From a virus (lineage: Duplodnaviria; Caudoviricetes), in the IMG/VR virus record IMGVR_UViG_3300030090_005675, positions 1 through 32,726 of that record: DNA of 32,726 nt. One strand, written 5' to 3'. Positions 17,417-23,297 of this stretch are shown here, one piece after another. Under the pieces are notes generated by a model. It was not told the DNA's origin, ran no database searches, and saw only the letters and a program-made list of their open reading frames with translations. Within the stretch, counting starts at the first letter, position 1. Every line of letters starts with the position of its first letter. A program made the translations under genes and the position numbers.

Positions 17417-17649
17417 TGGAAGCGAAGACTGCCGCAGCTGCTGGAGCCGGGGCGGTCACGCTTCCTATGGCCGCCGTGTTTGGATGGTTAACCAGCCAGA
17501 TTGGAGACCTCGAGGATCGAATCCGCGCGATCGAAGTCGACATGGCGACCACCCAACAAGATGTCGAGGCCACAAAAGAGTCGGCCGAAGAGATCCACCA
17601 AATATTGGATCGTGCTTTTCCGAGAACCGGGACTAACCCAGGAGGATAA
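17413..17649 (+). CDS. Small membrane protein with coiled coil (possible lysis accessory)
   Basis: GAGGAG RBS; hydrophobic AAAAGAGAVTLPMAAVFGWL followed by heptad-like LEDRIRAIEVDMA. Confidence 0.55.
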   Translation: MMEAKTAAAAGAGAVTLPMAAVFGWLTSQIGDLEDRIRAIEVDMATTQQDVEATKESAEEIHQILDRAFPRTGTNPGG

Positions 17650-17653
17650 CTCA

Positions 17654-17875
17654 ATGTTCGTACTCTTACTTACTTCATGCGCGTCAGTTGCAATTGCCGA
17701 TCAGCCTGAGTATGAGTACGGTGATTGGGACGCACTCGCCGAGAGAATCCAAAACTTGGACAACGAAGGCGAACTAATTGATACCGAACCAATCGTCACA
17801 CCTCCAGATGAGGTGGTCGAACCGGAAACACCTATCGAAGAACCAACCCCAGAAGAGGCAGAGTCGCCAGAGTAG
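17654..17875 (+). CDS. Small secreted/lipoprotein-like Pro/Glu-rich protein
   Basis: Start re-called from 17501 to ATG 17654, which follows GGAGG at 17641-17645. N-terminus MFVLLLTSC contains a lipobox-like LTSC. Confidence 0.55.
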   Translation: MFVLLLTSCASVAIADQPEYEYGDWDALAERIQNLDNEGELIDTEPIVTPPDEVVEPETPIEEPTPEEAESPE

Positions 17876-17883
17876 AGGCCGCA

Positions 17884-18216
17884 GTGGACATAGAGTTAAT
17901 CAATGCTCTTGAAACACTAGGGCTCGTACCTATGCTCGCTTATATCTGGTGGACGGGGAACAAACATCAAGAACAACTCGAAGAGCGGATGGAGCGTCAT
18001 CGCGCTGAAGACAGAGAGCGTCATGATGCCATGGTTCGCGGATGGCAAAAGCAACTCGAAGAGCTGGAGCAGCGCAGTGACGATCGCGTCGAGGCAGTCA
18101 GAGAGCGTTATGACGCCGTTGTAGAGCGCTATAACAATGAAAGAGACAAGCTTTTTCAGGAGATCGACCGCAAACTCGACGACGTTATCCGCTTTTCCGG
18201 TCCGAGAAACGGATGA
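17884..18216 (+). CDS. Single-TM coiled-coil protein (holin-like candidate)
   Basis: GTG start after GAGG; hydrophobic LGLVPMLAYIWW followed by a charged coiled coil; located at the end of the late cluster. Confidence 0.5.
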   Translation: MDIELINALETLGLVPMLAYIWWTGNKHQEQLEERMERHRAEDRERHDAMVRGWQKQLEELEQRSDDRVEAVRERYDAVVERYNNERDKLFQEIDRKLDDVIRFSGPRNG

Positions 18217-18296
18217 AGAAGATGAACGAGGCTGACAAGATCCAACTTGTCCTCTGCATAATCATCGCACTTGTCGTGTGGTGGGTCATGTTCTGA
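18213..18296 (+). CDS. 27-aa membrane peptide missing from the ORF track
   Basis: ATGA overlap with the stop of 17884..18216; translates as MKKMNEADKIQLVLCIIIALVVWWVMF. Confidence 0.55.
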   Translation: MKKMNEADKIQLVLCIIIALVVWWVMF

Positions 18297-18573
18297 GATT
18301 ACGATCTGCGTAGCGCTGTTCTCGACTGCTCTGACCTAAATCTACCAGCACGCTGATCCACTCACCGTAGTTATCAGGCTCTTCATGTGTCGTGTGCGAC
18401 GAAGAGAACGCTTCGGCTAAGCCGCGCACATGACGCAGTGTCGGAGTCCGAGCTCCAGTCTCGAGACGACTTACTTCTGGCTGAGTCAGGTCTGCCCGAC
18501 GTGCAAGTTCAGCAAGGCTCCAGTTGCGGTTCTTTCTGTGTTCACGAACAAACTGACTAAATCCACTTTCCAT
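18286..18573 (-). CDS. XRE/Cro-CI family helix-turn-helix regulator
   Basis: VREHRKNRNWSLAELARRADLTQPEVSRLETGARTPTLRHVRGLAEAF is a canonical HTH_3 pattern; AGGAGG RBS on the minus strand. Confidence 0.9.
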   Translation of the reverse strand: MESGFSQFVREHRKNRNWSLAELARRADLTQPEVSRLETGARTPTLRHVRGLAEAFSSSHTTHEEPDNYGEWISVLVDLGQSSREQRYADRNLRT

Positions 18574-18590
18574 TACGACCTCCTGATTCG

Positions 18591-18619
18591 ATCTTAGCTT
18601 TATGTTGACGTCCCGTCAA
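18591..18619 (-). promoter_or_regulatory. Leftward sigma70-like promoter for the HTH gene
   Basis: Minus strand reads TTGACG (18619-18614), 17 nt, TAAGAT (18596-18591). Confidence 0.7.
18605..18619. promoter_or_regulatory. Palindromic operator candidate
   Basis: Perfect inverted repeat TTGACG-TCC-CGTCAA; a further TTGACG half-site lies at 18640-18645. Confidence 0.6.
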
Positions 18620-18627
18620 GTTTTACC

Positions 18628-18656
18628 TTGACACGTTGGTTGACGCCTTATAGTCT
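18628..18656 (+). promoter_or_regulatory. Rightward sigma70-like promoter for the replication arm
   Basis: TTGACA (18628-18633), 17 nt, TAGTCT (18651-18656); GAGGA RBS before ATG 18675. Confidence 0.7.
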
Positions 18657-18674
18657 GAGTTCAAAGAGGACGCC

Positions 18675-20606
18675 ATGTGGGATCAACCCAGAATCGAATA
18701 CCAAGTTTTCAACTCAGCGGATGTACTTCATCAGCTGGAGTCGCTCGTGCCGGGTTGCTTGGTTTATCTGAGAGTTCGTCGAGGAGCGCGGAACTGGAAA
18801 GTTCGGCTGTCTAAACTGGACCTGACATCCCCTGACTTGGAGGGGTGCGAGGCTGAGTCCTACGTGATCATCGTACCGCTTCACGGGGGCTGGCTTGTCG
18901 AGGGTTACTTGCAGAGATCGGGCGTACATTACACAGGCTTACCAAAGGACACCGCTGACATCACTGCTTGGAACGACAGTGAAAGACAAGAGTTGATCGA
19001 CGTCGGTGAGAAGTTCTTGCAGCTCCGCATCGACCGCGGAGAAGTCAAAGAGTTCGTCGCTGAGACGGCGACGCCGTACCAGAAGATGAATATTGCTTGG
19101 GCAATCAATCGGCCCTACGTCATGAACGTCTGGGCCTGCGGCTCAGGCAAGACTCTGGGATCTCTGCTGGCGTCTCTGCGATGGCCCTTGAGCCCGATCC
19201 TTGTGATCTGTCCGGCCAAGGCACGGCATGTCTGGTGGAGTCAGGTTCAAGAATACACGAACATCAAACCTTTTCGTGTCAAGCCCTCCTCTGACATGAG
19301 GAAGAAAGATCAGACTCTCCAAGACTACATGAAAGAATCGCACCGATTCAACCGACGCCCCTTTGTAATTATCGGCGCGGAGTCGTTGGCGGATAACTCA
19401 CAAGTTCTTGACATTGTACGCCCGCATGTATTGATCTTCGACGAGATCCACATGCATGGAAGCCAGAAGCGCTGGGTCGCCATTCAAGAAGAAGACGGCA
19501 GCGTCAGCTTCGAAAAGAAGAAAACGACAGCCAGCGGAAGAAAGGGATCGAAAGTAGACCGAGTCAATCGAGCCGTCGCAATCATGGAAGCCAGTAGGCA
19601 CCCATGCGTGAAGCTACGCATCGGTCTAACAGCGACACCGCTCGATGACGGTAGACCTCGAAGGCTCTGGTCACAGCTGGATCTTCTGTCTCCTGGCGGA
19701 TTCGCTCACAGCTATCGACGATTCGCTGAGCGTTATTGTGACGCTCGAGACGGAACTTTCGGCGGTCTCGATGACACAGGCTCGAGCCACATTGCTGAGC
19801 TCAGAGCCCGATGCTCATTCTTTACGCATGAAGTACCATACTCAGAGTCGCACGCCGAACTACCTTCGACCCGCGTGCAGGTCATGTACCTGCCGCCAGA
19901 ACAACTCAATAGGTCGGAACGGTGGAGCGATAAGCAGACGTTTAATCAAGCGATCAAAGCATTTCATAAGCAAGCAACGAACCCGTTGGAGAGGGAGCGT
20001 GTCATCGAAGCCAGATTGGCTGAGGCATGCAGTAGGAAAAGAAAATACGTCGTCCAAGAGACTATGGAGGGACTCAAGGGCGGCGGCAAAGTCGTTATCT
20101 TTACAGCTCGTCGTAGGGAGACTGAACTGTGGGCGCATCAGATTCGCAAGGCTCTGAAGCGCGGGGATGAGGCTTTGGGTGAGGTCCCGGTCTGGATGGG
20201 CCATGGTGGTGTAAGTGAAGTCGAACGAGACGACATGGTCGATTCGTTCAGAGGGTCGGAGGGACCCTGTGTTCTGGTGGGAACAGGACAGGCTTTCGGA
20301 ACTGCCGTAGATGGTATGCAGACTGCGGACCTCGCCATTTTCGCTATGCTTCCCTGGAAGCCTGGAGATTTTACACAATGGAAGGGCCGCTTTGATAGAC
20401 TCGGAGGTCGCGCCACATTGCTCAAGGTAGTGGTGGCGTCTGGAACATACGACGAAAGGGTGGTCGACATCCTCGTCGAGAAGTTCGGCCCCATCGAAAA
20501 GTTCCTCAAGGCAGATGAGCTCAAAGGGCTGGATCAGAAACTCCTCGGACTCGAGGACAAGGAAGCCATTGTGGATAGCATCATCAGCAAGTTAGGAGCC
20601 GCATGA
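18675..20606 (+). CDS. SNF2-like superfamily 2 helicase
   Basis: Motif I CGSGKT, Ia LVICPA, II LIFDEIH, III LTATP, LWSQLDLL, KVVIFT and VI QWKGRFDR. Confidence 0.85.
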   Translation: MWDQPRIEYQVFNSADVLHQLESLVPGCLVYLRVRRGARNWKVRLSKLDLTSPDLEGCEAESYVIIVPLHGGWLVEGYLQRSGVHYTGLPKDTADITAWNDSERQELIDVGEKFLQLRIDRGEVKEFVAETATPYQKMNIAWAINRPYVMNVWACGSGKTLGSLLASLRWPLSPILVICPAKARHVWWSQVQEYTNIKPFRVKPSSDMRKKDQTLQDYMKESHRFNRRPFVIIGAESLADNSQVLDIVRPHVLIFDEIHMHGSQKRWVAIQEEDGSVSFEKKKTTASGRKGSKVDRVNRAVAIMEASRHPCVKLRIGLTATPLDDGRPRRLWSQLDLLSPGGFAHSYRRFAERYCDARDGTFGGLDDTGSSHIAELRARCSFFTHEVPYSESHAELPSTRVQVMYLPPEQLNRSERWSDKQTFNQAIKAFHKQATNPLERERVIEARLAEACSRKRKYVVQETMEGLKGGGKVVIFTARRRETELWAHQIRKALKRGDEALGEVPVWMGHGGVSEVERDDMVDSFRGSEGPCVLVGTGQAFGTAVDGMQTADLAIFAMLPWKPGDFTQWKGRFDRLGGRATLLKVVVASGTYDERVVDILVEKFGPIEKFLKADELKGLDQKLLGLEDKEAIVDSIISKLGAA

Positions 20607-21562
20607 GACTGATCGACGCAGGACGAAGTGCGAGAGGGTGGTCGAGGATCGGCCAGTTCATGAAGTGCCCTCAGCTCTTTGCCTACACCAATCGCATGGA
20701 CATTGACCTCATACCAGCAAGTGCGCTGACACGAGGATCAATCGGACACATCCTACAAGCACACCAGCACGCAATCTGGGGAGCCAGGCAAGGAGGTTGC
20801 TGGGTCGACGAAGACTGGGTCACTGACGCTTCTCAGCTGATGGATCCCGAAGACGCGGCTCACGCCTACTGCGACAAAGAAGGTCAGGGACATGAACACC
20901 TCGACCGAATGATCGAATGCTACCGAAGATACATGGCTCGTTTTCCCGAACCGCCAGGTAGAATCTGGGGTGTCGAGTGTCCGGTCACGGCAACTCTCGG
21001 AAACAAAAACGGTCAGTGGGGCCTCTGGGTTCAGACTGAAGGGGCAGAGATCGAACCGACTCCGCTCGACTGTCCAGGCCACCCCGATCACGGTAAGCCC
21101 CTTACACTCACCAGGCGCCTTGACTTGGCCATCGTTGATCGATCAGGCAAGCATTGGATCTGGGACCATAAACATCAAGCCCGTGTCGTTGCTTCGAGGA
21201 GTGTCGACGCCTACGCGATCGACGGAGGCTTCGCAGCGTTCCGTATCATGGGCAAGCAGATATGGGGCCGCGACTTCGGCGGTGTCGCCCTCAATCTTAT
21301 CGAGACTCAAGATCCTTGGAAGGTCGCACGACCCACCGTACCGTCGACTCCACACCGAGACACGCACTTTGCCGAGATGCTCTGGCAGGCTGAACACAGC
21401 CTGGCTCGACTCGACTTGCGCGGCGATCACTGGAGCTGGCCCAAGGCACAACACGAAACTACCTGCTATGGCCGATACGGTGCTTGCGGTGGAATTCGGA
21501 TGTGCTTTTACGGAGAATCGTCTCTTCCGCCTGGACAAAGAAAACCGAGCTCGCTAAGTTAA
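20603..21562 (+). CDS. Cas4/AddB-like PD-(D/E)XK exonuclease
   Basis: N-terminal KCPQ, RGSIGH, RLDL...IWDHK catalytic motifs and C-terminal CYGRYGACGGIRMC give the 1+3 Cys Fe-S pattern. Confidence 0.8.
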   Translation: MRLIDAGRSARGWSRIGQFMKCPQLFAYTNRMDIDLIPASALTRGSIGHILQAHQHAIWGARQGGCWVDEDWVTDASQLMDPEDAAHAYCDKEGQGHEHLDRMIECYRRYMARFPEPPGRIWGVECPVTATLGNKNGQWGLWVQTEGAEIEPTPLDCPGHPDHGKPLTLTRRLDLAIVDRSGKHWIWDHKHQARVVASRSVDAYAIDGGFAAFRIMGKQIWGRDFGGVALNLIETQDPWKVARPTVPSTPHRDTHFAEMLWQAEHSLARLDLRGDHWSWPKAQHETTCYGRYGACGGIRMCFYGESSLPPGQRKPSSLS

Positions 21563-21599
21563 CCGAACCCTGAGTAAAAACCCCAATAAAGGAGATGTC

Positions 21600-22586
21600 A
21601 TGCATAATGGCACAGCTACGCATCCGTCTGTCATGATCGCGTCTTACGGCAAGCCGAAGAAGCGCAAAACCTCAGACATGCTCGCCGCGTTTCCCAAGGC
21701 TCTGTTCCTTGGTGTTCCCAGTGCGATCACACTTGTCGCGCAGAATGAACTCGGCTTCACACCCGCAGTCCACCCCAACCCACCCAAGACTCTACCTCAG
21801 CTTGTTCAGCTCCTCGAGCAGTTGGCATCAAGTGACGTCGCGTCTCAGTATGGTGCGGTCGTAATCGATGACGCCAGCCACATCTGTAAGAACTCGATGC
21901 TGGTCTGGGAGTCTGAGGCTCCTGTAGGTCGAAGCGGCAAGAAAGATCGCTTCTGGACTTACCAGCAGCTGAATCGATATCTACTCGAGATGTCTGGTCT
22001 TGCTCGCCATCTGGGCGTTCACCTGGCTATGACTTTCCATGAGCGTCAACCTGGCTCCAATGCCGATGGGCGATTCAGCCCTGGTGGACCTGACGTTCCT
22101 TCCCGAAACCAGACGGAGACGATCCCCTCTTGGTGCGACATCAACGTACGCGCCATGGTGGATCCCAGCTATCCTGACCCCTGGTTTCCTTCTGTTTACT
22201 ACTGCGATCCTACCGACAGCGATTGGGTAACAGGCGATCGAACTGGCGTATGCACCAAGCGTACTCCCGGTAATATTCGAGAGATCCTGCGTGCCAGCGA
22301 GTCTGACTATCGACTCGACCGAATCGACGGATTAGAGTGGCAGGACGATATTGCGGAGGCTGTCGCTGAAGACGTCGCTGCCAATGTCGATCCTCGTATC
22401 GTAGTTCAGGATGTTGCAAGTAAGGTTCAACAGAACCCCTTGCATCTCAGGTGGGCATGTCAAGACGGCATTGCTCGCGGCGTCTTGCGGTTGACCAAAC
22501 AGCGTGGGTTGTTTGATTTTGCCGTTGATCAGGTCGAAGACAGGAAGAGCAGTGGAGTGCTGCCTCCTCCCCCTCCGACCATTTAA
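21600..22586 (+). CDS. AAA_24/Sak4-like P-loop protein
   Basis: Walker A-like YGKPKKRKTS, Walker B VVIDD, MTFHE; located between the Cas4-like nuclease and the SSB-like gene, the usual arrangement for Sak4 modules. Confidence 0.7.
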   Translation: MHNGTATHPSVMIASYGKPKKRKTSDMLAAFPKALFLGVPSAITLVAQNELGFTPAVHPNPPKTLPQLVQLLEQLASSDVASQYGAVVIDDASHICKNSMLVWESEAPVGRSGKKDRFWTYQQLNRYLLEMSGLARHLGVHLAMTFHERQPGSNADGRFSPGGPDVPSRNQTETIPSWCDINVRAMVDPSYPDPWFPSVYYCDPTDSDWVTGDRTGVCTKRTPGNIREILRASESDYRLDRIDGLEWQDDIAEAVAEDVAANVDPRIVVQDVASKVQQNPLHLRWACQDGIARGVLRLTKQRGLFDFAVDQVEDRKSSGVLPPPPPTI

Positions 22587-22625
22587 CCGGGGCTCAAACC
22601 CCATTCCTCAAGGAGAAAAAAGCTC

Positions 22626-23264
22626 ATGACTACATTCATGATTCCTGGCAGTGCATTCGAAGGCGTTACCGCTCTTGGTACCGCTCCCCCTAAGACTGGC
22701 TACTATGAAGTCAGCATCGTCGAGATCGAGAACAAGTCCAGTGACAAGTTCGGCTCTCGTCGCTTCCACGTCCAGTTCCCTAACGGGTTCAAGATGTTCG
22801 ACTTCGTACATCTTCCATGGGACACGGACAACAATGGTCAGGCGACTCAAGTCCCTGGTCTGTCCGAGAAGCAGGTTCGCGGGCGCACTGCTGCTCTTAT
22901 CACCATCCTCCAGTCTCTGGGCTACTCCTATCAGGAGATCACAGCTGCTCAGGGCATTCACGATGACTGGTTCCTCACCAGCAAGACCCAGCGAAAGGGA
23001 TACGTTGAGTTCATCCCCGGTCAGCGCGGCGTGCAGGGCTCCTACAGCACCATCAAGTCGTGGGTATCGAAAGCTACCTACGAGCAGTTGAAGGATACTG
23101 AAGTGGCTCAACCTGCCGCTGCCGCACCGGCAACGAACAACAACCTCAACCTGCCGCCGGCTACAGCTAGCGTGGCTCCCATGCCCACCAACGGAGCAGG
23201 AGCTCCCTCGGTTGGTGCTGCTCTGCCACCTCCCCCATCGGCAGCTCAGCAGATCGTTAGCTGA
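22626..23264 (+). CDS. Putative single-stranded DNA-binding protein (DUF669-like)
   Basis: PPKTGYYEVSIVEIE start, beta-rich core, low-complexity Ala/Pro tail; strong AAGGAG RBS; position between the Sak4-like gene and the polymerase. Confidence 0.55.
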   Translation: MTTFMIPGSAFEGVTALGTAPPKTGYYEVSIVEIENKSSDKFGSRRFHVQFPNGFKMFDFVHLPWDTDNNGQATQVPGLSEKQVRGRTAALITILQSLGYSYQEITAAQGIHDDWFLTSKTQRKGYVEFIPGQRGVQGSYSTIKSWVSKATYEQLKDTEVAQPAAAAPATNNNLNLPPATASVAPMPTNGAGAPSVGAALPPPPSAAQQIVS

Positions 23265-23297
23265 TCTTGAGGAGGCGCAGGGAGGCATGGCCCACAG

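Noticed and set aside
17501-17653. Upstream extension of the 17654 gene
   Set aside because: It overlaps the 17413-17649 gene; ATG 17654 has a GGAGG RBS and begins a signal-like segment.
18286-18573. Proof of a temperate lifestyle
   Set aside because: An XRE HTH alone is insufficient; no integrase, att site or partition genes are visible in the window.
20603-21562. CRISPR-Cas system
   Set aside because: The Cas4-like gene is solitary in a recombination module; no cas1/cas2 and no repeat-spacer array seen in the window.
21563-21599. AACCC motif upstream of AGGAGA RBSs (also before 22626 and 26572)
   Set aside because: Too short and variably spaced to distinguish from chance.
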